A DNA stretch of 64,000 bases from contig CAVYSE010000028.1 of NCBI GenBank assembly GCA_963771075.1, positions 224,001 to 288,000 on the forward strand, given 5' to 3'. Origin of the DNA: a candidate division FCPU426 bacterium (GTDB lineage: Bacteria > Oederibacteriota > Muellerivitia > Muellerivitales > Muellerivitaceae). The position numbers and the translations under genes were made by a program. This document shows positions 1 to 9,425 of the stretch, one piece after another; within the stretch, counting starts at the first letter, position 1, and each line of letters begins with the position of its first letter. The notes below the pieces were generated by a model that ran no database searches, was not told the DNA's origin, and saw nothing but the letters and a program-made list of their open reading frames with translations.

Positions 1-566
1 CTGAGCATTTCTTTATACCCCTTTCGGTGGAGCGCCTGGACCGCCAAGGCGGGAAAACCCGTGACTTGGAACCGGTTCTCCAAACCCATCACTTCCGGGG
101 TGTTTTCCGTCTTGGTCTTGATCTCATCGGTGACCTTGACCGGCACGAAAGACCGGTTGATGCGGGCGGCGATTTCCCCGTCCCCGAAAAACTCATTTTC
201 CATCTTCCGGCACAGGTCGCTCTTCCCATCGGTGAAGAAATAAAGCAGGGCCTTTCCCGTGGCCTGGCTCTCGGCAAGCCCGTCGGATGGGTTCCGCCAT
301 ACCAGGGTCTCGGGCGCCGTCTTCACCACGTCTACCTCGGCCTTGGGTTCGGGGAATTTCGGGGCGGGGACCGGAGTTTCCTTCGGCAGCAGCTGGGGCG
401 GTTGGGCCAGTTTGGGCTTTTCCCAATAACCGATGGTTTTTTCCTGGAGGTTCACGAAAACCATCACCAGGGTGATGAATAGGGCGATCGTAAAACCGGC
501 GAGAGCCCAACTGGCTGCCGGATGCAATTGGGGTTTATCTTTTTTGGGGGGAGTAGACTCGGTCAT
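1..566 (-). CDS. Membrane-anchored thioredoxin-fold protein (runs off the left edge of the window)
   Basis: Not in the ORF track because it has no stop in the window. Manual translation from ATG 566 (RBS AGGAGG): N-terminal TM helix, Pro-rich linker, then ALLYFFTDGKSDLCRKMENEFF...INRSFVPVKV...FQVTGFPAL, a thioredoxin-like pattern with cis-Pro motif GFP. Confidence 0.75.
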   Translation of the reverse strand, partial: MTESTPPKKDKPQLHPAASWALAGFTIALFITLVMVFVNLQEKTIGYWEKPKLAQPPQLLPKETPVPAPKFPEPKAEVDVVKTAPETLVWRNPSDGLAESQATGKALLYFFTDGKSDLCRKMENEFFGDGEIAARINRSFVPVKVTDEIKTKTENTPEVMGLENRFQVTGFPALAVQALHRKGYKEML

Positions 567-699
567 GGTTTGCCTCCTCAACGGGTCAAGGTCTAAATGG
601 CAGTCTTATTGTGGGACTTGATGAAAGTTCCAGCCTATGACCACAGTCATAAACAATGCAACAAAAGAGGCAGGAACTTTTGGTAACTGATTAGAGTCT

Positions 700-1206
700 T
701 TAAAGTTTCCAGGAATATTTCAAAAGGCCGAAGTCCATGCCGCCAATCTGAATATTTCGGGTGCAAGGTTCCAGAACCCCGCCGAGCGCCGTATAGAAAC
801 CTCGGGATGGGTTTTCTTTCAGGGAATAAAGCACCATACGGTGGTAACCCAAGCCCCGAAGTTTATCGAGGCAGGCGGCAAAAAGCTTTCGGCCTATGCC
901 TTTTCCCTGGTGTTCCTTCAAAAGATAAATAGCGTACAGCTCGCCCTCGCCGGGTTCCTTTTTTTCCCGCTCGGGTCCACCGCTCACGAACCCCACCAGC
1001 CTTTCCTTCTCCTTCAAGGCCCCGATCAGAAACCTTCCCGCGGGTTCTCGGAACCATTTTTGAAAATCTTCCGTCCGGGTGGAAAGGGCGAGGGAATCCA
1101 GATAGGCGTCCGGAACCAGGCCCCGGTAGGTGCTTTTCCAACTTTCTACATGCACCCGCGCGATTCCTTCCGCGTCCGCCTCGGTCGCCTCCCGAATGAA
1201 AATCAT
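700..1206 (-). CDS. GNAT family N-acetyltransferase
   Basis: IREAT..DAEGIARVHVESW, GELYAIYLLKEHQGKGIGRKL (acetyl-CoA motif A), NPSRGFY. Confidence 0.92.
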   Translation of the reverse strand: MIFIREATEADAEGIARVHVESWKSTYRGLVPDAYLDSLALSTRTEDFQKWFREPAGRFLIGALKEKERLVGFVSGGPEREKKEPGEGELYAIYLLKEHQGKGIGRKLFAACLDKLRGLGYHRMVLYSLKENPSRGFYTALGGVLEPCTRNIQIGGMDFGLLKYSWKL

Positions 1207-1215
1207 TGCGTCTTG

Positions 1216-1253
1216 CCCTTCGATTTACTCAGGGCCTTAAACCTGTCGAAGGG
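1216..1253. repeat. REP-like palindromic element between the tandem GNAT genes
   Basis: CCCTTCGA-tttactcagggccttaaacctg-TCGAAGGG; terminal arms are inverted repeats. Confidence 0.55.
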
Positions 1254-1265
1254 GGAGGTGTGCAT

Positions 1266-1772
1266 TCAAAGGTTCCAGCGGTAGGAAACCAAGTTCATGG
1301 AATCCGCCCCAAGGGTCATCTTCTTCGTTTCCCCGCCCAGTTTGCCGCCCGCTTTCTCATAAAAACCGCGGGCCTTGCCTTCCCTGAGGACCCAGGTGCG
1401 GGCTTGGTTCCAGCCCATGGAACGGAATCTCTGAAAAGCCTCCTCCAAAAGAAACATTCCAAGGCCTTGCCCCTGATAGGATTCCTGGAGGTACATGCCG
1501 TAAATTTCACCCAGACTGACTTCCTTATTTTCCCGGTCCCGGCCGCCATCCAAGTAACCCACGATCTGGCCCTCCGGTTTTTCGGCCAATAGCACAAAGT
1601 AAGAATACCCAACCGATTGGAAACTTTCCTGAAAGGTTTTCTCGGCGATCGGGTATTGGATGGCCTTCAAGAAGGCGTCGGGCAATAGCCCTTGATAGGT
1701 GGAGTTCCAGACCTGGGTATAGATTCGGCTGATGTCCGGGATATCCTTCGAAGTCGCTAATCGAATGGGCAT
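1266..1772 (-). CDS. GNAT family N-acetyltransferase (tandem paralogue)
   Basis: IRLATSKDI, TYQGLLPDAFL, GEIYGMYLQESYQGQGLG, ARGFYEKAGG; same length (168 aa) as the neighbour. Confidence 0.92.
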   Translation of the reverse strand: MPIRLATSKDIPDISRIYTQVWNSTYQGLLPDAFLKAIQYPIAEKTFQESFQSVGYSYFVLLAEKPEGQIVGYLDGGRDRENKEVSLGEIYGMYLQESYQGQGLGMFLLEEAFQRFRSMGWNQARTWVLREGKARGFYEKAGGKLGGETKKMTLGADSMNLVSYRWNL

Positions 1773-1789
1773 GGCTTTTTACCTCAATT

Positions 1790-4084
1790 CTATTGGGAGG
1801 GCGGAAGGCCGCCTTCCTTTTCGATTTCCTCAAGCATAGTGAGAGCCGACGCCGCCAAGGTACGGTTTCCCGGGGCCTTGAGGGCCTCATTCAGGTCCGC
1901 CCTCGCGGAAGCGAACCGGTTCTTCCTCAGCTCGATGCTTCCCCGTTTGTAAAAGAATTGGGCGCAAGGGTAACCTTCCCGCAGGGCCTGCCCCAAGGCC
2001 TGCTGATCGTTGGGATAGGCCTTGTCCCGGTAAAGAAGGTCGGATGTTTTCTCCCAATAAATGCTCGTCAGGAAAGGATCGTCCTCCAGGAGCGGCTTCA
2101 CTTTCGCGAAATCATTCAAGAGACCCTCGGCTTTCTGAAAATCAGCCAGTTCCAGCCAACCCCAATCCATGTCCCGGAAGGCTGGATAGGCCTCCACCCA
2201 TTGGGCAAACAGGTCCTGGTTGGAATCATCCACCGGGATCACCCCCAACATCTCTCCTCCATCCGCCGCTTGGACGTCTTGATCAACCCAAAACCATTTA
2301 CCTTCGGGAAAGGATTTTTTAAGGAAGGGTTCATAGCAGCTGTTCACGAGAAAAGCCGCCCAGCGAACCTTGTTTTTCGGTAACTTGGGATTCTCCAGGG
2401 CGTTGAAGGCGTAAACCCCGCAGTCCAGGCTTTGGTCATAGGGCATGGAGGTGAAATCGTTGAAAAAATAGCCCGGCCCCCTCGACGATTCTTCCTTGAG
2501 AATTTGGTAAGCCCGGTAGCTATTCATCATTTTAGGGGGCGGCACACCCCTCATCGGCCCCCTGGCCGATTCCAAGTGAAAAAAGTGGGGAGTTGCCAGA
2601 TGGGTCACGTCCAGAACCAATGAAACCGCCAACAGGCTCACCAGCACCATGACCCTTTGGGGTAAGGGGGCCTCTTTCATCAGCCGCAACAAGCCCCAAG
2701 CCGAGCCTAACAAAAGAAAAGGGATCACAAGGACGACGCGGAACATATCCACGTTCATGGAAAATAGCCCGGGCGCCATACAGAGGATGCCTCCCGCCCA
2801 GGCCCACCGGACTTTTGGATTTCGCCGGTGCCGGAAACTTTCCAACAGGCCGAGCCAAAAAGCGCCCGTCAGGATGGGGTTGAACATTCCTCCCCAAACG
2901 GGCGCGTAGGCGGGTTGGGCCTCAAAAACCCCCCAGAAGGGTGCGGTCAGGTATGAAAAAAAAGCCAATACCCCCTTGGCCAGGGGCATATCGCCCTGAC
3001 CCGAGGAGACCGCGAATATAGGGTGGCCAAACCCCTCGATGAAGACGGCTCGAAAAAAGGGTATGAGGCAAACAATGAAAAAGAGTGCGAAAACCATTAA
3101 TGGGGTTTTGGATTTTTTACCATGGATTGTTTCCAGCGTGACGACGCCTAGGATCCAGAGCGCGAAAATCGGCCAAGGCGTGAAGGTCAAGGACCCGAAA
3201 CCCGCGACCAGACCCAACAAAGCGCCCCGCCCAATGCGCGCGAGTTGAGTTTTGGCTTTCAGATAAAAACCCAAAGCCGCCAAGGCCAGACATTCCCACA
3301 GCGGGAGGAGTACTCCCGGATGGCAAAACCGCCCATAAAAAAAGGGCCAGAAGGAGAGGCCCCAAAGGGTAAAGGCCATAAAGGCGGTGGAACGCGAGAC
3401 AAGGGGACGAAAAGCGAAATAGCAGAGGAAAAAGGCAAGGGTTGAAAGGCAGGCCGGCAAAAGCCAAAGGCCCATCAGGAGGTCTGCCATTTTGGCGGAG
3501 AAAAAACAGAAGAGCCAATGGATACCGGGGGGTATCTGGTTATAAAAAAAACTCCACTGCCGGTGATTGAAAAGGTCCAACCCGAAACGGGCCACCAGGC
3601 CCTCATCGGTGTTGGGCCAGACCGGCCAGGTGGTGAGGTCGGCGAAGCGCAAGTCGATCGCCAACGCCAGGATCGGAAGGATCACCCAATAGGAGGAACG
3701 GGGGAGGATTTCCTCCTCGATTAACAACACTCCCCGAACGGCTGGCTCTCGGATGATCCGAAGAAGGGTCCAGACAAAGGGAAGGAGGATGCCGAACAGG
3801 CCCAATTCCATCTTGATCGTGAGGGAAAGGGGTGCATAGGAAAGGAGGACGCTTGTCAGGGTAAAAAGTCCGTAGAGAAGCCATGCGTGGCGAAACAAAA
3901 CCGGCCTGATGGATGTCGCTTTGGACTTCAACCTCGACCTCATTCGTATTGATTCGTTTGGAGGTCTAAGGTTTTTTCCCTTTCGATCCCCCTTCATCAA
4001 GGGCCATGATACCCTTTTCCATTTCGTCCTGAGGCTCTCAAAGGGCCATTCATAAAGGCGGTCCATGGCCTTGCCCCCCGCCAT
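1790..4084 (-). CDS. GT-C fold (ArnT/PMT-like) membrane glycosyltransferase with C-terminal TPR-like helices; true start probably internal (about 3943)
   Basis: LRFADL..WPVWPNTDEG (DE motif after the first TM), many TM helices, C-terminal helical repeat (FFYKRG...ARADLNEAL). Confidence 0.75.
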   Translation of the reverse strand: MAGGKAMDRLYEWPFESLRTKWKRVSWPLMKGDRKGKNLRPPNESIRMRSRLKSKATSIRPVLFRHAWLLYGLFTLTSVLLSYAPLSLTIKMELGLFGILLPFVWTLLRIIREPAVRGVLLIEEEILPRSSYWVILPILALAIDLRFADLTTWPVWPNTDEGLVARFGLDLFNHRQWSFFYNQIPPGIHWLFCFFSAKMADLLMGLWLLPACLSTLAFFLCYFAFRPLVSRSTAFMAFTLWGLSFWPFFYGRFCHPGVLLPLWECLALAALGFYLKAKTQLARIGRGALLGLVAGFGSLTFTPWPIFALWILGVVTLETIHGKKSKTPLMVFALFFIVCLIPFFRAVFIEGFGHPIFAVSSGQGDMPLAKGVLAFFSYLTAPFWGVFEAQPAYAPVWGGMFNPILTGAFWLGLLESFRHRRNPKVRWAWAGGILCMAPGLFSMNVDMFRVVLVIPFLLLGSAWGLLRLMKEAPLPQRVMVLVSLLAVSLVLDVTHLATPHFFHLESARGPMRGVPPPKMMNSYRAYQILKEESSRGPGYFFNDFTSMPYDQSLDCGVYAFNALENPKLPKNKVRWAAFLVNSCYEPFLKKSFPEGKWFWVDQDVQAADGGEMLGVIPVDDSNQDLFAQWVEAYPAFRDMDWGWLELADFQKAEGLLNDFAKVKPLLEDDPFLTSIYWEKTSDLLYRDKAYPNDQQALGQALREGYPCAQFFYKRGSIELRKNRFASARADLNEALKAPGNRTLAASALTMLEEIEKEGGLPPSQ

Positions 4085-4128
4085 GGAATCAATCTTGTCG
4101 GTGTTATGTCCCCGCCGTCAAAACGACC

Positions 4129-4503
4129 CTATTTTTTATTGCGGAATTTGACTTCAGGGAGACCCTCAAAGTCGGCGTCTTGGGTCCAAACCTTCGCCCC
4201 ATGTTCTTTTGCCGTCGCCAGGATAATGCTGTCGGCCATGGGAAGCTTATGTTTTAAACTCAGGGAAGCCGCCCGGATGGATAGGGGGGCCGTCAAGTCC
4301 ACCACTAATCCCTGTCGCATGGCCGCGGTCTTTTCCAAGGCTTCCTTTTTGCCGCTTTGGCGAAGGAGGGATTTAAAGACTTCATAGAGGCAGATTGAGG
4401 GCACAACCAGGCGTTTCGGGTCCTCGATGGCGGGGGCGAAAAAGCCGGCGTTCGGCCCCCCCGCGAAATATTCCAGCCAGGCGGAGGAATCCACCACGTT
4501 CAT
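4129..4503 (-). CDS. vapC: VapC PIN-domain toxin
   Basis: VVDSSAWLEYF, LYEVFK, LPMADSIILATA, WTQDADF; ATGA-coupled to the antitoxin. Confidence 0.93.
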   Translation of the reverse strand: MNVVDSSAWLEYFAGGPNAGFFAPAIEDPKRLVVPSICLYEVFKSLLRQSGKKEALEKTAAMRQGLVVDLTAPLSIRAASLSLKHKLPMADSIILATAKEHGAKVWTQDADFEGLPEVKFRNKK

Positions 4504-4709
4504 ACGCGGTCTTCCCTATCGCGGGGAACATCCGTGTCAATGCCCTTGAGGGATCCCCTGAGGGAGCGCACATCCTTGACGGGCACGAATTCCAGGCAGC
4601 CCTCGAATTCGATGACATCGAATTTTTGGCCGGGCTTTATTTTCATGCCCTTGCGGACCAATTCGGGGATGACGACCTGGTATTTAGGGGAAACGGTCAC
4701 GGTACTCAT
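4500..4709 (-). CDS. vapB: AbrB/MazE-type antitoxin (VapB)
   Basis: VTVSPKYQVVIPELVRKGMKIKPGQ AbrB motif; RBS GGAGG upstream of ATG 4709. Confidence 0.9.
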   Translation of the reverse strand: MSTVTVSPKYQVVIPELVRKGMKIKPGQKFDVIEFEGCLEFVPVKDVRSLRGSLKGIDTDVPRDREDRV

Positions 4710-4718
4710 CAAACCTCC

Positions 4719-4755
4719 ATCGATCTACTTACCGTCATACGGTAACATGATCGAT
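4719..4755. promoter_or_regulatory. Palindromic operator upstream of vapBC
   Basis: ATCGATC-tac-TTACCGT-cat-ACGGTAA-cat-GATCGAT, directly upstream of the vapB RBS. Confidence 0.65.
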
Positions 4756-4830
4756 AAAATTTCTCAAGTTGAGCCTTTAAAATCTCAATAAACAAGTCAA
4801 CTCCATAAATCGAAAATTGAATGGATCGGG

Positions 4831-6723
4831 TTACTTCTTCCCCTTAAACCCTTCCCCATCGTCGGGGATGATTCCCTTTTCCAACCACTCGTAAACGCCA
4901 TCCATCGCTTTAACGGACGCTTGGTTATCCTTGATATCCGTGTTCCAGCAGACCCCCAGGAAATAATTGTGTATACGGATGCGGGCCTGGCGGCAAAAAA
5001 GATCTGCCAGTTCCCGCGAACATTTGAATTCCGGGGTTTCGGCCTCCACCGCCAGGGCCTTGGCGCAACTGGCCGCCATGGCGAATAGTTCGGTCCCTAC
5101 CTCGACCAGGCGCCCTAAAATCATCTGCCGCCGCTCCAACTTGGGGCCGAACCGGATCATCTGGTGGAACAGCGTGCGGGCCAGCTTGCGGGAAGTCCTT
5201 TCGATGTATCTCATATGACCCGCTAGGTTGCCGTATTCTCCATAGCGGGGCCATATTCCCGTCGGCAGCCAAAGACGCAAATACCAAAAAGGATAAAACA
5301 GGGCGCAGGCCACCAGAGCCTTCAATTTTTGATTTATCGTGGATTTCGGGCTCAACAGGTCACCCGCCATCTTCATGTGCTTGTCCAAGGCTTCCCGGGC
5401 GATGAAGAGATGTTGTATCTCGCTCGTGCCTTCGATGATGCGGTTGATGCGCGCGTCGCGCATCATGCGTTCCACCGCGTAGCCCTTCTCGCCCCGGCCC
5501 CTTAAAGAGGGCGCGGTTTCATAGCCCCGCCCGCCCCGCAACTGCATCAGGTCGTCCAGGATCTTCCAGGACGCTTCCGAACAGAACAGCTTCGACATGG
5601 CGGCTTCCAGCCGGATATCCGCCCCGCCCTGATCGACCAGGGCGGAGGTGTAGTAGGTCATGCTTTCCTGCGCGTAGGTGGAACCGGCCATATTGGCGAT
5701 CTTGCTGGACCCCGCCTCATGCTTGCCGATGGGCTGGCCCCACTGCACCCTTTCCTTCCCCCAGAGCCGGGCGATATGCAAAGCCTGTTTGCTCATTCCC
5801 GCCGAGGCGGCGGGCAGGGTCAAGCGGCCGGTGTTCAGGGTGATCAGGGCCAGCTTTAGCCCCAGACCCTCGCCCCAGAGGATATTTTCCGAAGGGACTT
5901 TCACGTCCTTGAATTGGATAACCCCGTTCTGGATGGCGCGGATGCCCATGAAATCGCAACGGTGGGTGTATTCGATGCCGGGCATGCCTTTTTCCACGAT
6001 GAAAGCGGTGATCTGCTGTTTCTCCTTCCCATTCACGATCTTGGAGGGGGTGCGGGCCATGACCGCGATGTAATCCGCGACCAGGCCATTGGTACACCAT
6101 AGTTTCGAACCGTTGATCGTCCAGGTCTTGCCGTCAAGGGATGGCTCGGCGGTGGTCGTCAAATGGGCGGGGTCGCTGCCCACCTGGGGCTCGGTCAGGG
6201 CAAAGGCCGAGATGGCGCCTTTCGCGAACTTGGGGAAAAATTTTTTCTTTTGATCGTCGGTTCCGAATAGCTTCAGGGGCTGGGGAACCCCGATGGACTG
6301 GTGGGCGGAAAGCCACACGGCGGTGGACCCGCAATAGGAGGCTACCATCGCCACCGCGCGGTTGTAATTGACCTGGGACAGGCCCAGCCCGCCGTATTCC
6401 TTGGGGATCTTCATGCCCCAACAGCCCAGTTTAGCCAGGCCGTCCAGGACCTTTTGGGGAAGGAGTGTGGTCTTGTCCACTTCATCCGGGTCGAGGTTTT
6501 CCCTCAAGAAAGCCTCTAGGCGCCCCATGAACTCGTCGCCGACCGCCTTGTCCTCGGCGGATTGGAGGGGATAGGGAGAGATTAAATCGTCACGGAAGCG
6601 ACCCATGAAAAGCTCGGCCACGAAACTCGGCTGGGTCCATTCGGTTTCCCTGGCTCCCTCGGCGACTTCCAGTGATTCCTTTTCTTTTTCATTCAAGTGT
6701 TTGGCGGTATCGGCGACTCCCAT
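4831..6723 (-). CDS. Acyl-CoA dehydrogenase (long ACAD9/VLCAD-like form)
   Basis: AFALTEPQVGSD, NGSKLWCTNG, TLNTGRL, GGRGY, RDARINRIIEGTSEIQ. Confidence 0.93.
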   Translation of the reverse strand: MGVADTAKHLNEKEKESLEVAEGARETEWTQPSFVAELFMGRFRDDLISPYPLQSAEDKAVGDEFMGRLEAFLRENLDPDEVDKTTLLPQKVLDGLAKLGCWGMKIPKEYGGLGLSQVNYNRAVAMVASYCGSTAVWLSAHQSIGVPQPLKLFGTDDQKKKFFPKFAKGAISAFALTEPQVGSDPAHLTTTAEPSLDGKTWTINGSKLWCTNGLVADYIAVMARTPSKIVNGKEKQQITAFIVEKGMPGIEYTHRCDFMGIRAIQNGVIQFKDVKVPSENILWGEGLGLKLALITLNTGRLTLPAASAGMSKQALHIARLWGKERVQWGQPIGKHEAGSSKIANMAGSTYAQESMTYYTSALVDQGGADIRLEAAMSKLFCSEASWKILDDLMQLRGGRGYETAPSLRGRGEKGYAVERMMRDARINRIIEGTSEIQHLFIAREALDKHMKMAGDLLSPKSTINQKLKALVACALFYPFWYLRLWLPTGIWPRYGEYGNLAGHMRYIERTSRKLARTLFHQMIRFGPKLERRQMILGRLVEVGTELFAMAASCAKALAVEAETPEFKCSRELADLFCRQARIRIHNYFLGVCWNTDIKDNQASVKAMDGVYEWLEKGIIPDDGEGFKGKK

Positions 6724-6862
6724 TTCGGCCCTCCTAGCGTGGAATAGAACGGCCTCTTAACGTCTATTTTAATCCTCCTGAGCGGGAAAGACCCCTTAGT
6801 TAAGGAAAAATCTCAATATTAATTTACAAGCAGTTTGCTGGTCGCTGGAAAGCCTTTTAAAG

Positions 6863-6972
6863 TCTGACTGCCGACTGCGAACCGTCTCCTGCAACGAAAC
6901 CACAAGGTTCGTTGCGTGTCTTGGTGATCCCTATTGCTAAGGCAATAGGGGCCGACTGCCAACTTCGAACAC
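6863..6972. repeat. Heptamer repeats (GACTGCC-like) enclosing two hairpins
   Basis: ctGACTGCCGACTGCgaac ... ccGACTGCCaacttcgaac; hairpins GCAACGAA..TTCGTTGC (6891-6915) and CCCTATTGC-taag-GCAATAGGG (6929-6950). Confidence 0.55.
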
Positions 6973-6982
6973 CCACCATAAA

Positions 6983-7022
6983 CTGGGATTGCTCCGTGGC
7001 GAAATTTACCCCTCGCAATGAC
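6983..7022 (-). repeat. Solo shortened copy of the GTCATTGCGAGG...GCAATCxCAG palindromic repeat family
   Basis: Reverse complement reads GTCATTGCGAGGggtaaatttcgccacggaGCAATCCCAG, sharing both ends with the 52-kb repeats. Confidence 0.7.
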
Positions 7023-7087
7023 AGCAAAACAACCAATGGTTGAAAAAAGGGGTTTTCAAGCCCTGGGCCAGGGGATAAACTACACCT

Positions 7088-7309
7088 ATGAGAGCTTTCG
7101 CCAAACCCGAAGAAGCCGTGCCCTATACCTACACGGATTTTCCCGCGCCCGAGCGAGCGAAAATAGAATTTTCCTTCGCAGACAACCCCGCCTCCAAGAA
7201 GTTCGTTTTGTTCGACGCCGACGCAAACCGGATCCAAGACGCATCCCTTCCCGTTGTCCAAGGCCTCCTGCTTCAGGACTTCAAGGAAGTTATTTCCCGC
7301 GTTTCTTAA
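7088..7309 (+). CDS. Small hypothetical protein
   Basis: 73-aa ORF with plausible composition, ending 12 bp before the next gene; no motif recognised. Confidence 0.45.
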   Translation: MRAFAKPEEAVPYTYTDFPAPERAKIEFSFADNPASKKFVLFDADANRIQDASLPVVQGLLLQDFKEVISRVS

Positions 7310-7321
7310 TTTTTTTTAACC

Positions 7322-9265
7322 GTGGATTCCCTCCCGGAACCGCAACCTCCCCTTACGCTTTACAACCGGGCATTCAAACGCTTATCCCTTTTGCTATCCG
7401 ATCCCTGGGCCTGGACCCTTTCCCTATGCTTTGCCCTGGTGTTCCTCTTCGCCGCCCGCAAGAATCTTGATTTTGACCTGGGCTACCACCTGGCCTCGGG
7501 CCGGTGGATCCTCCAGCACTTGGATGTGCCTCGCCAGGATACCTTCACCTTCGGCGCGGCGGGCCATGAATACCTGGACAGCCAATGGCTTTACCAGGTT
7601 GGGATCTATCTCCTGGACCGCCTGGGCGGTTATCCCCTCGTTTCCCTCTCTCACCTTTCCCTCATCCTGCTAGCCTTCGCGCTCACCGCCGTGCGCATTT
7701 CCCTGGGCGGATGCCCGCGGTGGCTTCAGGCGGCGTTGGTCCTTCCAGCGATCCTGGGAATGGAGATCCGCTTCCTTGAGCGCCCCGAGCTTTTCTCATG
7801 GGTCTTCCTGGTCATGGTGCTTCTTTGTTTGGATCTCCACCGAAAGGGAAAAACGGGCGCCCTTTTCTTTTTGCCCGTGATCCATCTGGTCTGGGCCAAC
7901 GTGGAAGGCCTCTTTCCGCTGGGTTGGGTCGTGATCGGCGCCTACCTCATGACCTCCTATTTCGAACGGGGCCGTTTGGACCCGGCGCTGGTCAAGGCCC
8001 TATTGGCATCGGGGGCGGCGACCCTGGTCAATCCCTACGGATTCCGGGCCCTCTCCTTCCCCTTTCTCCTCCTTACCCGTTTTGACCCAGGTGGTTTTTT
8101 CAAAAAAGCCATCTCCGAATTCCAATCCCCCTGGACCGCCGCGGCCTCCCCCGATTCCCCGTTCTTTCCGGCCTTTCCCATCGACAGCTACCGGGTGGTC
8201 TCGATCCTATTTCTCCTGTTCATCCTCCTGACGATCCGCCGCCGCAAATTCCACGAATACGGCCTGGCCTTTTTTTTCTTCGCCCTCTCGGCCCTGGCCA
8301 TCCGGAACATTCCACTTTTTTTCCTTCCGGTTCTACCCACCGTGGCCAAGGCCGCGGCCGATTGCGCTTCCTTTACCCACGAAGGGGAAGGCCCCAAGGA
8401 ACGATGGACCCCTCCCCGGGGCCTGGGCCAGGGCATGGCCTTTATCGTCTTGCTCATCTGCCTGCGGGTGGGTACGGGGGCCTACTATGTTTCCGAAAGG
8501 CGAATCATCCACAACGGATGGGGAATGGACCCGGAGCACCTTCCCTTAAAGGTCTGCTCCTTTATCAGGCAAAACCACCTCTCGGCGCCCCTGCTGAACA
8601 GCATGGGATTCGGCGGTTTTATGGAATGGGAGACCCAGGCCGTTCCCTTCATCGACGGCCGGCTGGAGGTGATGGGTGAACCCCTGTTCCGGCAGTACGA
8701 GCTCAGTCACGCTCCCGGCGGATTGCAGACCCTTTCCCTCAACGCCAACTTCCAGGGGATCGTCTATGACCACATGATGGATATCCCCTGGACCAAACAG
8801 CTGCTCGATCTTGAGGGTTGGCGCATGATCTATCTGGACGACCTATCCGCCCTCTGGGCGGCGCCCGGATATGCCGTGAATCTTCCCACCGTCACGCCCC
8901 GGGACCTGGAGAAGGATTGGGGCGTCACGCCCCTGGACGAGGGAAAAACCATTTTTGACATCCATCACGGCCCGCGAAGCAGCCTGGGAGATTGGCTCAA
9001 CGGCTTTGTCTTTCCCCAGCAGTACCCCATGCCCTGCATGCGGCTGGGAAGCCTGGCCTATGAGATGGGAGATTACGAAAGCGCGAAGGATTATTTCTTG
9101 AGGGCCTTGGTCCTGTCAGGGGGGAGCTATTACGAGGTCTATTACAACCTGGCCTCGGCCTATGGAAAATTGGGCCAGAAAGACATGGCCCGTTACTGCT
9201 ACCAGTGCGTCTTGGACCTGTTCCCTTCCTGCCCGGGAGTGACGGCCCTCATCGCGGGCCTTTAA
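7322..9265 (+). CDS. Polytopic membrane protein (GT-C-like) with C-terminal TPR
   Basis: DFDLGYHLASGRWI, ERPELFS, WANVEGLFPLG, LVNPYG, FIDGRLEV; C-terminal YYNLASAYGKLGQKDMARYCYQ TPR. Confidence 0.8.
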   Translation: MDSLPEPQPPLTLYNRAFKRLSLLLSDPWAWTLSLCFALVFLFAARKNLDFDLGYHLASGRWILQHLDVPRQDTFTFGAAGHEYLDSQWLYQVGIYLLDRLGGYPLVSLSHLSLILLAFALTAVRISLGGCPRWLQAALVLPAILGMEIRFLERPELFSWVFLVMVLLCLDLHRKGKTGALFFLPVIHLVWANVEGLFPLGWVVIGAYLMTSYFERGRLDPALVKALLASGAATLVNPYGFRALSFPFLLLTRFDPGGFFKKAISEFQSPWTAAASPDSPFFPAFPIDSYRVVSILFLLFILLTIRRRKFHEYGLAFFFFALSALAIRNIPLFFLPVLPTVAKAAADCASFTHEGEGPKERWTPPRGLGQGMAFIVLLICLRVGTGAYYVSERRIIHNGWGMDPEHLPLKVCSFIRQNHLSAPLLNSMGFGGFMEWETQAVPFIDGRLEVMGEPLFRQYELSHAPGGLQTLSLNANFQGIVYDHMMDIPWTKQLLDLEGWRMIYLDDLSALWAAPGYAVNLPTVTPRDLEKDWGVTPLDEGKTIFDIHHGPRSSLGDWLNGFVFPQQYPMPCMRLGSLAYEMGDYESAKDYFLRALVLSGGSYYEVYYNLASAYGKLGQKDMARYCYQCVLDLFPSCPGVTALIAGL

Positions 9266-9366
9266 GCCCGGGTTTTCCTTTCGAATGAACGGACGTCAGG
9301 TTTGAATTCTTTTGATAAACAACATGAAATTAACAATAATCTCCATCCCGAACCCGGAAATATCAC

Positions 9367-9396
9367 GAAACGTTTGAAGGCGCCTGAGCGTCTAAT
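9367..9396 (+). promoter_or_regulatory. Putative ECF-sigma promoter
   Basis: GAAAC-N17-CGTCTAAT, identical boxes to 59079-59108. Confidence 0.6.
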
Positions 9397-9425
9397 ATTT
9401 ACAGATTATTAAAGGAGAGTTCACG

